Virus record (IMG/VR): IMGVR_UViG_3300042691_049879
Span: 4,801-68,800 of that record
Source: a virus
Direction: 5' to 3' (one strand)
DNA: 64,000 nucleotides
The notes below the pieces were generated by a model, which worked only from the letters and a program-made list of their open reading frames with translations, ran no database searches and was not told where the DNA came from. The translations under genes were made by a program, and so were the position numbers. Below, one piece after another: positions 1 through 10,204 of this stretch (position 1 is the stretch's first letter; every line of letters starts with the position of its first letter).

Positions 1-1191
1 TTCATAATCCATTGAACCCAAAATACTTTCAATGTTTTTCAAAACAACTTCTTGTCCGTATTGATTTATAAAATTTTCAAAATTTATTTCTGATAATATT
101 TTTAAACTTTCTTGTTTTTCAGTTCTTAAATAAGTAGGTAAATTTTCTATGAATTTTTTAGGGTCTTTTTCATATAACTCTCTTGCCTTTATTTTTAATA
201 AAGCATATTCTTCTTCAGTTAAATGTTTTTGTAAAAATGGCTCATAAAACTCAACAAATTCTGGTTTATTTCTTAAAAGCTCATAAAATAATTCTTGATT
301 TTCTTTTTTAATTAATTCACCAAAAGCTCTTGGCTTAGGATTGTTAGGGTCACTTTTATATATTTTTTTACCTTCAGGATTATTAATCAGAAAATCAACA
401 AAAGCTTTTAAAAAATCTTTTTTTGTCCAATCGATATAATCATGAGTTTGTGCTCCTATTACAACATTCCCAAAAGAAGCGGCATCACCAATAAATTCTC
501 CAGTGTTAATATTTCCTGCAAAAGATATTATTCCCGTATAATGACCATTTTTTGCCTTTGCCAACAAAGTATATGTATTTACTGTACTGCTGCCTATACC
601 TTGTGCTCCACTACCACCTCTAGCACCCTTTTGACAGCCAATACCAAATTCTCCAGCTTTTGTATCGCTCATACTAGTCAAAGGTCCACATTGAGCAACG
701 CCAAAAAATTCTCCCTTTAATGGTGTAATCCAAAAGCTATTTTTAGGGCCTCTTCCAACTATCCTTAAAAGACCTTCATCTATCCATGATTTCAATTCTT
801 CTTCTCCGCTCAATTCTTCATCTTCTTCATCCTTTTTTTTAGATTCTGTTTCTATATATTCTAAAGCTTCTTTTGGAGGTAAACTTTTTATTTTATTTAT
901 TATTTCTTTGTCATCATTTTTCGACTTTACAAATTCAAGTATTTTTTGAAAAGAATTTTCATTTCTTGTTTTGTGAGGCTCGGCCCATGGCAAATCACCC
1001 ATTTTTTTTGCAGTTTTTGCAATCCATTCGGCCAAAGGATGATTTGAAATGTCTTTATCTGGATATGCTTGCTGCAACATTCTGCCAACAAGTATTAATA
1101 AATCTTCACTATATTTGTTAGAAAGATTTTCCATCCAATTTTCGTTCAGGATGTTATATTTATAAAGTGCTTCTTTTAGATTAAATTTCAT
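1..1191 (-). CDS. Hypothetical protein, truncated by window edge (MKFNLKEALYKYNILNENW...)
   Basis: ATG at 1191 opens a minus-strand frame that appears to run off the window start; TATTTAT motif upstream (1221-1227); not in ORF track because it has no stop in the window. Confidence 0.7.
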   Translation of the reverse strand, partial: MKFNLKEALYKYNILNENWMENLSNKYSEDLLILVGRMLQQAYPDKDISNHPLAEWIAKTAKKMGDLPWAEPHKTRNENSFQKILEFVKSKNDDKEIINKIKSLPPKEALEYIETESKKKDEEDEELSGEEELKSWIDEGLLRIVGRGPKNSFWITPLKGEFFGVAQCGPLTSMSDTKAGEFGIGCQKGARGGSGAQGIGSSTVNTYTLLAKAKNGHYTGIISFAGNINTGEFIGDAASFGNVVIGAQTHDYIDWTKKDFLKAFVDFLINNPEGKKIYKSDPNNPKPRAFGELIKKENQELFYELLRNKPEFVEFYEPFLQKHLTEEEYALLKIKARELYEKDPKKFIENLPTYLRTEKQESLKILSEINFENFINQYGQEVVLKNIESILGSMDYE

Positions 1192-1246
1192 AATAATGAC
1201 TAAATATTATTTTATATATAATAAATAGTATTTTTTTTTAAAAATA

Positions 1247-1278
1247 AAGCCCCTATCAATTAAGATAGAGGCTTTTTT
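1247..1278. terminator. Intrinsic terminator after pheS-like gene
   Basis: aagcccctatc-aattaa-gatagaggctt hairpin flanked by A/T tracts. Confidence 0.6.
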
Positions 1279-1300
1279 AAGTAGTAATAGTATATATAAA

Positions 1301-2329
1301 TTATCTTATTTCTAATGACATTATATTTTGTAAGTCTTCTCTAATTTTATTTTGAATTGAATCAACTTCTTCATTAGTCAAACTTCTATCATTAGACCTA
1401 TAAACAATTCTGTAACAATGTGAAGTTCTATTTGTTTTAGGATGAGTAAATTCATCTATTTTCAATATTTCTTCAATAATATCTCCACCTTGTTCTCTAA
1501 CTATCTCACAAAAATTGTTATAGTTATAGTCTTCATTTAGCCAAAAAGCGATATCTTTATGACAAGAAGGGTATTTTGAATATTCTTTAAATTCTATGAT
1601 TTCTCCAGAACTAAATTGTTTTATGAATCTTTCGTCATTGGTCCAGAAGTATCTAATGTCTGGGATTTTGAATAAAATCATAGCAAGTCTTTCTAGTCCA
1701 AGACCAAAAGCCCAAGCCTCTCTGTCTTGTATGCCGCAATTATTTAAAATCTCTTGTCTTACCATTCCGCCTCCAAGAATCTCAAGCCACTTTCCATTGA
1801 ATTTTACTTCAACCTCTAATGAAGGATTTGTAAATGGAAAATAATCTTCATTAATTCTGTATTCACAACCTGGAAATAGATGATTCACTAAACCGTCTAA
1901 AACTTTAAGAAATTCTTTTTGAGCATCTTCTCCATTTTCAAAAACGTGTACTCCTTCCATTTGATGGAACACTGGATAGTGGCAACTGTCTATCTCATCT
2001 TTTCTATAAACATCCCCTGTAACCAAGAAGCTTTTATATCCATTATTCAATAATTCGTTTTGATGTGCAGAAGTGTGAGTTCTTAAAACATTATTTTCAT
2101 CAAAATAATACGTATCAGAAGCGGCTCTGGCTGGGTGGTCGCTCGGAATTAATAATTTATCAAAGTTTTCCGAAACATTAACTTTTGGTTCTAAATTATC
2201 GAATTTAGAGAAAGATTCACCAAAATAATCATAAATTTTTCTTTTAATAATTTCAATTGGATGATTTTTTAGATTGTGCAAATTCCTTCCAATCTTTTCT
2301 TGAATTGATGGAGTTATATTACTTTTCAT
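1301..2329 (-). CDS. pheS: Monomeric (mitochondrial-type) phenylalanyl-tRNA synthetase: catalytic domain plus C-terminal FDX-ACB anticodon-binding domain
   Basis: Motifs HPAR..DTYY, LRTHTSAHQ, GDVYRKDEID..HYPVFHQMEG, YFPFTNPSLE, AFGLGLERLAM; C-terminal KDIAFW...SHCYRIVYRSNDRSLTNEEV. Confidence 0.93.
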   Translation of the reverse strand: MKSNITPSIQEKIGRNLHNLKNHPIEIIKRKIYDYFGESFSKFDNLEPKVNVSENFDKLLIPSDHPARAASDTYYFDENNVLRTHTSAHQNELLNNGYKSFLVTGDVYRKDEIDSCHYPVFHQMEGVHVFENGEDAQKEFLKVLDGLVNHLFPGCEYRINEDYFPFTNPSLEVEVKFNGKWLEILGGGMVRQEILNNCGIQDREAWAFGLGLERLAMILFKIPDIRYFWTNDERFIKQFSSGEIIEFKEYSKYPSCHKDIAFWLNEDYNYNNFCEIVREQGGDIIEEILKIDEFTHPKTNRTSHCYRIVYRSNDRSLTNEEVDSIQNKIREDLQNIMSLEIR

Positions 2330-2386
2330 ATTTTATAAAAATTAAAATGTCTTACAAATTTAAATAAAATATATAAAATAAAAAAA

Positions 2387-3058
2387 TTAAAATTTAAGAT
2401 TAATTAAGTAAGATATGTCTTCATCAACTTCTTTATCAAATCCACTCGCATAAATAGCAAATTCAGTTATTACTTTCATATATTCTTCTGACGGATTTGT
2501 ATTTGCCTTTCCTTTTACTTGTGTTACAGTATTTGTTTTTATGTCTATTTCTATAGTTACATGAGGCTCATTTTTCATGTCTCTCATAGAAACTATTAAT
2601 GATTTACCTCTAATTATCTTATCTGTATAGCTTCCAACACAGTTTTTCATTATGTCACCTTCCATTTGTAATTCTTTGTAGTTAAGTAACATAAAAAAAT
2701 ATTTTCCATTTTTACTTTTGTAGATTATACGCTCTTCATCTTTGTCATCCTCAAAAATTCTATATTTCCCAGTGCTTTTTAGATTGTCATGCCATTTTTT
2801 TGATAACTGTAAAGCGTCTTCAAAATTTAGTCTAAAAATATCTGGTTTATCTTTCTTGGCCCAATCAATTATGAATTGAAAGTCAGACGCTCTAAGTAAA
2901 AATTCCTTATTTTTTGAAATTTCCCTTCCTATCCAAACATCATATTTATTTGTACCTGCAAGTCTACCTATTTCTGTAACAGCTTTTGTGGACTCATAAT
3001 CAAGCCCCATAGTATCCATTATCTGCTTCTCTCTTTTAGAAATTTTATTTTTAGACAT
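2387..3058 (-). CDS. PcfJ-like domain protein
   Basis: L..EG..MKNCVGSY...IVSMRD....PHVTIE......QVKGKAN motif. Confidence 0.75.
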   Translation of the reverse strand: MSKNKISKREKQIMDTMGLDYESTKAVTEIGRLAGTNKYDVWIGREISKNKEFLLRASDFQFIIDWAKKDKPDIFRLNFEDALQLSKKWHDNLKSTGKYRIFEDDKDEERIIYKSKNGKYFFMLLNYKELQMEGDIMKNCVGSYTDKIIRGKSLIVSMRDMKNEPHVTIEIDIKTNTVTQVKGKANTNPSEEYMKVITEFAIYASGFDKEVDEDISYLINLKF

Positions 3059-3332
3059 TATCTCCTACAGTTATAGTTAAAATATACTCTTTATCTTCTA
3101 TTGGATTTTCTTTTTTTTCCAACAAATAATTTCCAATATAAATTTTTGAATCTTTAAAAAGAATCCCTCTTATTTTATGTGTCTTTTTAAAATTAAAAGA
3201 ATTGTTTAAGTCATCAATATTAAAATCTGTAATTGTATAACACTTCATAACAACTCTTAATTTATGTTGTATTGTTGAAGAAATTCTTTTTTCAGCTTCT
3301 CTATTTGATATTTCAAATCTTTGAGAAATCAT
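3051..3332 (-). CDS. Hypothetical protein
   Basis: ORF packed in operon with neighbours. Confidence 0.65.
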   Translation of the reverse strand: MISQRFEISNREAEKRISSTIQHKLRVVMKCYTITDFNIDDLNNSFNFKKTHKIRGILFKDSKIYIGNYLLEKKENPIEDKEYILTITVGDNV

Positions 3333-3337
3333 ATTTT

Positions 3338-3880
3338 TTATTTTTTACTTTTAGAAGTTGCTTTTTTGGTTTTCTTTTTAGGTCTTCCAGCCTTTCCCTT
3401 TTTTTTAGTAGATTTATTTTTCGAACCTTTTGGTCGTCCTCCTTTGTTTTGATTAGAGTCTTCCTTTAATGAATTATCTGGCACAATAACTTCTACGACA
3501 ATCTCTTCTTCTTCTGAATTAATTTTGTCTTCAATTTTTGAAAACTCTTCTCTTAATGCTTTTGGAAATCTTTCGTCATTAATTACTTCATTTCTAAGCT
3601 TTTCATGAGCATTAGCAATATTCTCAGAAACTTCCTTAAGAAGGTCAAAGTAATTATAAACTACATAAAAATTTAAGTTGCTTGGCTTTTCTTCTTCAAG
3701 TACCTCTATCATTTTTTTACGCTCATAGAATCTTAGCATACTATTATTGCCTATTTCTTCTACGTAAACAAATTCTCCTGGATTTAAAGTTACTTGTTGA
3801 TTACCACCATTTTTTTTCAATAGAGGCAAGCTTATTTCACTTTTAATTAAAAGCTTATTAGTTGCATTAACAATTTTCAT
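3338..3880 (-). CDS. Hypothetical protein with AT-hook-like basic C-terminus (GGRPKG, KAGRPKK), possibly DNA-binding
   Basis: Two GRP motifs in a Lys-rich tail. Confidence 0.6.
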   Translation of the reverse strand: MKIVNATNKLLIKSEISLPLLKKNGGNQQVTLNPGEFVYVEEIGNNSMLRFYERKKMIEVLEEEKPSNLNFYVVYNYFDLLKEVSENIANAHEKLRNEVINDERFPKALREEFSKIEDKINSEEEEIVVEVIVPDNSLKEDSNQNKGGRPKGSKNKSTKKKGKAGRPKKKTKKATSKSKK

Positions 3881-3933
3881 AATATTAATTATTTATTATG
3901 CAATATAAGAAAAAAAAACAGAAAATTAAAGAG

Positions 3934-5157
3934 TTATATTAAAGATAAAAATCTTTCATAATTTGCCTTATCTATTTCAAAGCCAAGCTCTTTTCCTTGA
4001 ATTGGAATTTGCCCAGATTCAATTTTATTTTGTACTTCTGGTAAATCTTTTATTTTTAATTTATCAAAATTATATAATGATTTCGCTATATTTTTATCGA
4101 TTTTATTTATTTCAGACCAAATAATAAAATCTTTTTCATCAACAGAGTCTTTAATTGACTCTTTTGCTGTTAAAAGTTTTGAAAAAGAATTTATGTCAAT
4201 TAAATATGATTCTGATTTTTTAAAATCTGTAAATAACTTTAAAAAATCTAATAAAAATTTAATAGCTCTTTTTTCTTCATTATTATATTTCATTTCAGTC
4301 AATGTTGATACTACCGATTCAACATTATTGTTTTTAAGAATAAAAGAAACTACAAGAATAGGATTTTTACTACTTATAAAATTAGTGTTTATATTTAATT
4401 TTGGAAACATTCTTTTCATTATCCCAAAATTGTATAAGTCATTTAAAAAAACTTTTGGTTCTTTTGATTTTTTTAATCCAGCATAAAACTCATCTCTAAT
4501 TCTTTCACTTGAAACGCCTGGCATTTCACTGTATTTTAAAATCGCTTTTTTTGTTTTATCATCCAAGTCTCCACCAGTAATATTTTTAAATCTAATAGCT
4601 CTCATTATTCTAAGCCTATCTTCATAAAATCTTTCTTCTGGTTCGCCTACAGTTTTTATTGTGCCAGTTAATAAATCATCAACCCCACCATGAAAATCTA
4701 TGATTTTATTTTCATCAACATCATAATATAAAGCATTTATAGTTAAATCTCTTCTATTGGCATCTTGTTCTATGGTTGAATGCTTAACTTCAGTCGGCCT
4801 TCTACCACTTCCATCATAACTTTCAGACCTAAAAGTTGCTATTTCAACTTCTTCACCATTTATAATAGCAGATACAACGCCAAATGCTTCTCCTTTAGGG
4901 AAATTGTCTATATTGTTTTTATTTAATATGTCAACAACTTCTTCTGGTGTTGCTTCAGTTGCTACATCATAATCTTTTGGCGTCTTTTTTTGTAAAGAAT
5001 CTCTTACTGCGCCTCCAACAACATAAATTTTATAGCCAGAGTCTTTAAAAGCATTATTCAAAACTTCAATTTCATATGGCAGGTCCATCTTAAAAGAAAT
5101 CTCTTTAGTTTCTTTTAAGATTCCAGATAAAAACATATTTCTTCTAACGTTATTCAT
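3934..5157 (-). CDS. cca: CCA-adding tRNA nucleotidyltransferase (PolyA_pol family)
   Basis: VVGGAVRD, KDYDVAT, EIATFRSE, DANRRDLTINALYYD, FYEDRLRIMRAIRF, VSSERIRDE. Confidence 0.9.
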   Translation of the reverse strand: MNNVRRNMFLSGILKETKEISFKMDLPYEIEVLNNAFKDSGYKIYVVGGAVRDSLQKKTPKDYDVATEATPEEVVDILNKNNIDNFPKGEAFGVVSAIINGEEVEIATFRSESYDGSGRRPTEVKHSTIEQDANRRDLTINALYYDVDENKIIDFHGGVDDLLTGTIKTVGEPEERFYEDRLRIMRAIRFKNITGGDLDDKTKKAILKYSEMPGVSSERIRDEFYAGLKKSKEPKVFLNDLYNFGIMKRMFPKLNINTNFISSKNPILVVSFILKNNNVESVVSTLTEMKYNNEEKRAIKFLLDFLKLFTDFKKSESYLIDINSFSKLLTAKESIKDSVDEKDFIIWSEINKIDKNIAKSLYNFDKLKIKDLPEVQNKIESGQIPIQGKELGFEIDKANYERFLSLI

Positions 5158-5219
5158 ATTGCAAATTTAAAAAAAAAGACTCAACTTTTGCTGAGTCTTT
5201 ATAAAAAAATTAATTTTTA

Positions 5220-7043
5220 TTATTTTGAAGCATTTGGATTTGGAACAAAAACCATAGAATTTAAATCTAAAATAAATTTCTTACTTTCATTTAAGAAATC
5301 TTTTTCATAAAACTTTTGTTTAATCCCAAAAATACTTCCAGGCTTTTCTACCTCAATAGTGTTTTCTTTCTTTGATTCGTTTAAAGTGTAATCTTTTGAC
5401 TCATTTACTAAACTTACTTTTTCTTCAAAGAAAGAATTGTAATCATCTATATTATCTAATACAGAACTCATTTCTTCAGCTTCTTTTATGGTCTCAAATT
5501 TACTGAAAGTAGATAGTTTTTTCCATCTTTCTTGTTCATATTCTTGACTAGTCTTTTCAGTAACTATATAACGCTTATTTATGCCTTTAACTTCATTTTC
5601 TGTAAGAGATGAAAATCTTCTTTTTCTAAGTCTTTCTATTCTGTCAGCTTCGCTTTCATTAAGACCCATTCTTTTCATTTTATCATGGTCTTTACCAACA
5701 GTTCTTTCAAGTTCTTCTTTGCTGTTAGGCTCAACGAAAGGCATCCCTTGTGGGTGATAGTTAGGGTCAACTTTTACAACTTGAGTATAAGGCTTGCTTG
5801 CTTGTACTTTTCTTTCCTCTGGAATTATATTCCAATTTTTATCTACTTTAGGTCTGGAAGTTTGTGCTTTAGAATAAGGAGTTTTTTCAAATGATTTCTT
5901 TCTTGATTCGCTTAAAGTTTCTCCTTCCTCATAAATAGGATGATTTACTGGAATATTGTATGGTGCGCCAACATCAGACTTTTTGCCTCCCTTAGATTTA
6001 TTTGCAAACTTTCTTGAAACATTTTTTGCAAACCATTTTGTTAAGTAAGAACCAGCACCAGCTCCGCCAGGGCCAGACATAGTAATTTCTTCAATAGTTT
6101 CTTTTTTTAATGAATTAAAGAAATCCTTTTTTTCTGCATCTGTTAAATCTGAAACATCTCCATCTTTAGCTCCATATTCATCTTCAAGTCTTTTTTTGAA
6201 TTCTTTAGCTTCTTCTACGCCAAATTCCTTAATCATTTCTTCAAAATTAATTTCTTCATCATCAAACAAAAGATTAACATCATCTTTTCCGTCTAATGGC
6301 AAAGTGTTTAATTTTTTAACTGCAGGAATATTTTCTTCCTCATCATCAGAAAGTCTTTCAAAACCTTCATTTTCGTTTATTTTCCCTTTTGAAAAGTCTA
6401 AATCATCTTCAAAAAGACTTTTAAGTGTTAATTTTTTCATATTTAAATTTTCAACAATTGATGTAGTACTTTCTTCGAATCTATCTTCGACTCCAAGTTT
6501 AGTGTTTGTTAAATAACCAACTTCTCTTTCTGCAGCGTCTGTAAGTTCATCTTTTAAAACCTTATCTGCATCTTTTAAAGGTACTGATATTTTTTTTCTT
6601 ACCATAAAAGTTTTTCCTTCATCATCAACTCCTCTAAAAAATCCTGCTTCAGGACTTCTATATTGAATATGGAGAATTTTTCCTTTTATTTCAAAGTCAA
6701 GTTGTGACTCAACTCTTTTTGTGCCAATTATTATTTGTTTTTCAAAAGTTCCATTACCATGGCCATGACTCATATTTAATGAGCTACTAAACTTTCTAGG
6801 TCTAGCCGTTATAATTACATTATACTGATTTTCTTCAACTCCAGTTCCATAAGTTGTTCCGTCTCCATAAACTCCAGCTACTTTATTATTTTTTTCATAT
6901 CCAAGATTTTCAATTACTTTTTCTGTAGTTGTTCTAAGCAATTCTTTTATCTTCTCAAAAGTATCATGAGTATTTGATTCTAGACCTGAAAAATCTTTGT
7001 TAGATTTTTCTTCACCATTTTTTATATCTTCCATATCGGCCAT
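5220..7043 (-). CDS. Large acidic hypothetical protein, probable virion/head protein
   Basis: 607 aa ORF; TATTTAT at 7073-7079; many [LI]xE motifs. Confidence 0.65.
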   Translation of the reverse strand: MADMEDIKNGEEKSNKDFSGLESNTHDTFEKIKELLRTTTEKVIENLGYEKNNKVAGVYGDGTTYGTGVEENQYNVIITARPRKFSSSLNMSHGHGNGTFEKQIIIGTKRVESQLDFEIKGKILHIQYRSPEAGFFRGVDDEGKTFMVRKKISVPLKDADKVLKDELTDAAEREVGYLTNTKLGVEDRFEESTTSIVENLNMKKLTLKSLFEDDLDFSKGKINENEGFERLSDDEEENIPAVKKLNTLPLDGKDDVNLLFDDEEINFEEMIKEFGVEEAKEFKKRLEDEYGAKDGDVSDLTDAEKKDFFNSLKKETIEEITMSGPGGAGAGSYLTKWFAKNVSRKFANKSKGGKKSDVGAPYNIPVNHPIYEEGETLSESRKKSFEKTPYSKAQTSRPKVDKNWNIIPEERKVQASKPYTQVVKVDPNYHPQGMPFVEPNSKEELERTVGKDHDKMKRMGLNESEADRIERLRKRRFSSLTENEVKGINKRYIVTEKTSQEYEQERWKKLSTFSKFETIKEAEEMSSVLDNIDDYNSFFEEKVSLVNESKDYTLNESKKENTIEVEKPGSIFGIKQKFYEKDFLNESKKFILDLNSMVFVPNPNASK

Positions 7044-7142
7044 AATATATTAACCTTTATAATATTTTTAATATAAATATACTTAAAAATTAAAAAACTA
7101 ATATTAATAAAAATAAAAAAACCCACCTAAAGCGGGTCTTTT

Positions 7143-7391
7143 TTAAAGATTTTTTTTGATTATTTTCCAGTCTTGTTCATTTTTTATTGGAATGCCAGGA
7201 TTATCTTGATATATTTTACCATCATATTCATATCCTTGAAACCTTCTTTTTATTACTTTTTCTATTTTTCCACTAATAGGATTTTTTATTGTATAACTAT
7301 AATCCACATATTTTCTTTTAGAAAAAAGCCAAAATTTATAGTTCCAAATTGCATTTTTTATATAAAATTTTATTTTTTTAAAGAAAGACAT
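7143..7391 (-). CDS. Hypothetical protein
   Basis: ORF in operon, terminator hairpin at about 7118-7143. Confidence 0.6.
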   Translation of the reverse strand: MSFFKKIKFYIKNAIWNYKFWLFSKRKYVDYSYTIKNPISGKIEKVIKRRFQGYEYDGKIYQDNPGIPIKNEQDWKIIKKNL

Positions 7392-7394
7392 ATT

Positions 7395-7634
7395 TTAAAA
7401 AGGTAATATTACATTTATTTTTGAAAAAATTAAAATTGAAGAAAATGATATTGTAGATAAAATAATTATACCAATTATAAAAATTATTCCATTTACTAAG
7501 ATTCTTTCAGCTAAAGAAGTGTTTTTAAACTCTATATCTTTATTAAATAATTTATATTCTTGAAATAAAAGTCTCCCAAAAAATAAAGAAGCAATTATTA
7601 ATACTCCAAGTATTATTTTTAATAAAATTTCCAT
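7395..7634 (-). CDS. Small membrane protein (2 TM)
   Basis: Two hydrophobic stretches. Confidence 0.65.
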   Translation of the reverse strand: MEILLKIILGVLIIASLFFGRLLFQEYKLFNKDIEFKNTSLAERILVNGIIFIIGIIILSTISFSSILIFSKINVILPF

Positions 7635-7638
7635 GCTA

Positions 7639-7890
7639 TTATTGATTATCGGTTATATCTTGTGAATTTGGTGTTAATATCATCCCTTCAATCATATTCA
7701 TCATTGAATTAGAATGTTCTAAATCCTCGAGTATTTTAATAACTTCTTCTGTAATTGAATTGTGTTCACCAACTCCAACTGGTCTATTCAAATAAATTTC
7801 TAAATCTGCAATTGCTTTATCTTTTTTTGCTTGATAATGGCTTTTTACGGCTCTAATTTGATTGTTCATTTGCACTTTTACATCTTCCAT
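7639..7890 (-). CDS. Phage hypothetical protein (YLNRPVGVGEH motif)
   Basis: Motif I recall from T4-like phage small proteins; not searched. Confidence 0.7.
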   Translation of the reverse strand: MEDVKVQMNNQIRAVKSHYQAKKDKAIADLEIYLNRPVGVGEHNSITEEVIKILEDLEHSNSMMNMIEGMILTPNSQDITDNQ

Positions 7891-7968
7891 AATTTCTTGT
7901 TTTTATTTTAAAAGTATGTTTTTTTTTAAAAAAGTAAATAAAAAAAGGTGGAAAAACCACCTTTTATT

Positions 7969-8526
7969 TTATTTGTTTTTCTTATTTAATTCCCTTTCCT
8001 CTTTTTTTCTCTCTTTTCTTTCATCCATGATTCTTTGGCAAGCCAAGTCAACCATCTCTGAACTGTCTAATACAGTTTCTGCACCATAATAACGCAAGTT
8101 ATCGTTAAACTCTCTTGTGTCTGGTGTTTTTTTGCCTAGAGAAGGATTGTCCATAGTTCCCATATCAATTCCGCATAAAGACTTATCTAATTGAATAATT
8201 TTATTTGAATCATCTAAATCTTTCCAGACATCATAAAATACAGTAATAATGTAATCATAATCATCATTTACCATTTTTTCAATGTCTGACCTTTTAATTA
8301 GTGAAGTTAAAACAAACCTTCCACCTTCTTTTCTTGGGTTTTTTGTACAATAAAGAAACTTAATTCTTTCTGGTTCTATATCAGCATTATGAGTTGTGGT
8401 GTCTTTAATGTGTTCAGCAATAACCATTAACTCATCGTCTGCATCCATGTAGCCTTCAAAGTCTGCTGGCAATACAGGTGTCGTTGGGAAATTGTGATTT
8501 GTTGTTTCAATTGTTGTCTCTGACAT
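7969..8526 (-). CDS. Putative phage metallopeptidase-like protein with degenerate HExxH
   Basis: RIKFLY...YDYIITV...W..L.....IIQLDKSLCGI...PD..EF.....YYG pattern. Confidence 0.5.
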   Translation of the reverse strand: MSETTIETTNHNFPTTPVLPADFEGYMDADDELMVIAEHIKDTTTHNADIEPERIKFLYCTKNPRKEGGRFVLTSLIKRSDIEKMVNDDYDYIITVFYDVWKDLDDSNKIIQLDKSLCGIDMGTMDNPSLGKKTPDTREFNDNLRYYGAETVLDSSEMVDLACQRIMDERKERKKEERELNKKNK

Positions 8527-8591
8527 ATACTTATATTTAAAAGTTACATATTAATATGTCAAAGTTAAAGAAAAAAAAATAAAAATAAAAA

Positions 8592-9107
8592 TTATTTGTG
8601 AATTCTTGTGTTATTTGTATCCATAAGAGTTTTGGTTCTAATTCCAGATGCTCCTCTTACTGTTTTGCTTGTATTGTTGCTACTATTTCTTTGTTTTAAC
8701 TTTTTTTCGCACCAAGCTCTAGCAGCATCACCTCCCCATAAACCCCAAATTTGCATGATTCCAGAGTTTTCTATTGTTTTGCCACTTATTTTTTCTTTTT
8801 TGTATTCTTCTTCTCTATTATCAAAGAAAGCTTTCATTCTTTTTAATTGAGAATGACTAAAAGGCTCTTTTTTTATTATTGAATTAGCCTTACTTTTACC
8901 AGAGCCTTCATTAGGATTAGAAACGTCTTTTGTTAAATCATTTTTGTTAACGGCATTTAAGGCTTCCTGTGCAGTATGTATCATTCCTTCTTCTGGTTCA
9001 AAGCTGCCATCATATCTATATCTGAAATCTTCTTCTAATTGAAATAAGTTTTCTTGTAAAAACATTTCATTTATTATATTTCTTATAATAATTCTTACAG
9101 ATTTCAT
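8592..9107 (-). CDS. Phage protein (LKRMKAFF...WGLWGGDA motif), probably head-associated
   Basis: Motif plus N-terminal IRNIINE tag. Confidence 0.6.
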   Translation of the reverse strand: MKSVRIIIRNIINEMFLQENLFQLEEDFRYRYDGSFEPEEGMIHTAQEALNAVNKNDLTKDVSNPNEGSGKSKANSIIKKEPFSHSQLKRMKAFFDNREEEYKKEKISGKTIENSGIMQIWGLWGGDAARAWCEKKLKQRNSSNNTSKTVRGASGIRTKTLMDTNNTRIHK

Positions 9108-9119
9108 GAATATAAATTA

Positions 9120-9647
9120 TTAGCCTAAAGAAGTATTTAAATCTCCTCCTATTATTTTTATCATTGCAGTTTTAATATCAACTGCACTTTTTGAGTCAAA
9201 CCCTAAATTGTTTAAAATCCAATTTACCTCTTCGTAAAAACTCATATTATTAATAGGAGTTCCAGATTCAATAGCTCTTTTTATTGCAATCTCTAAAGCT
9301 TCTTCTGGTTTTATATAAGAGAAAGATGTGTTTTTTGCTGCGTCAGCTATTGTAGGAAGGAAAGTGTTAACAGTTTGACCTTGACCAGCCTGACTAATTC
9401 CCATAAAAGGAATTCCATCATTTCCATGTTCTTTCAAAACATTTCTGTGAGAAGTTAATTTCTTAAGTCTATCAGTTTCTTCCTTTAATTTGTTTTCATT
9501 AATATTTTTTACTTCTTTATCTTTTATGAATTCGCCTCTTTTTTGAAATGTTTCATTCAATTGTTTCATTCTTTCAAGCTGAGAATCTTTTTTATTGTTA
9601 TTCTCTTCATTAGAATCGAAATCAAATATATCTTTTATTTTGTACAT
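9120..9647 (-). CDS. Hypothetical protein, probably late
   Basis: ORF; TATTTAT at 9664-9670. Confidence 0.65.
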   Translation of the reverse strand: MYKIKDIFDFDSNEENNNKKDSQLERMKQLNETFQKRGEFIKDKEVKNINENKLKEETDRLKKLTSHRNVLKEHGNDGIPFMGISQAGQGQTVNTFLPTIADAAKNTSFSYIKPEEALEIAIKRAIESGTPINNMSFYEEVNWILNNLGFDSKSAVDIKTAMIKIIGGDLNTSLG

Positions 9648-9688
9648 ATCTTTTTGTTTTTATATAAATAATTTAATATTTTTTTTAA

Positions 9689-10174
9689 TTACCAAGTTAT
9701 AACGCCAAGACCCAAATCTCCGTAATATCTTTTACTTTTTGCTATAGTTTGTCTAATTGCTTTATCTGAATCGAATTTAGATTTACCAATCATTGAATTA
9801 TTTGAATTATTTGGCATGTCATCATCTGACATTATATCTCCATATTCATCCACTATTTCTTCTAACGTATCAGTTTCTAATTCTTCTTCTGGTTTTGATT
9901 TAGAGATAAATTCTTTAACAAAATCAACCATCCCAGAGTTTTCTGAGTTATTATTCATCCAATTGCTTACACAATCATTCTTAACTGACAATTTCATATC
10001 TCTACCATCTGTTGTAGTAAAGTCGATTACAAACTTATTTTTGCCAATATTCATATTTGCATTTGCAACAGAACCTATAATGTCTGGCGCTAGATAAAAG
10101 AAATCTTCATTTCTTTCTTGAAAACTTTCAAATAATAAATTTCTTAAAAGCTGTTTACCTTTATACATATTCAA
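9689..10174 (-). CDS. Hypothetical protein, probably late
   Basis: ORF; TATTTAT at 10188-10194. Confidence 0.65.
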   Translation of the reverse strand: MNMYKGKQLLRNLLFESFQERNEDFFYLAPDIIGSVANANMNIGKNKFVIDFTTTDGRDMKLSVKNDCVSNWMNNNSENSGMVDFVKEFISKSKPEEELETDTLEEIVDEYGDIMSDDDMPNNSNNSMIGKSKFDSDKAIRQTIAKSKRYYGDLGLGVITW

Positions 10175-10204
10175 TATATTATATTAAATAAATATTATAG
10201 CTTT

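Noticed and set aside
442-1121. Short plus-strand ORFs here, and similar ORFs overlapping long genes throughout
   Set aside because: Antisense or out-of-frame shadows of longer, better-supported genes.
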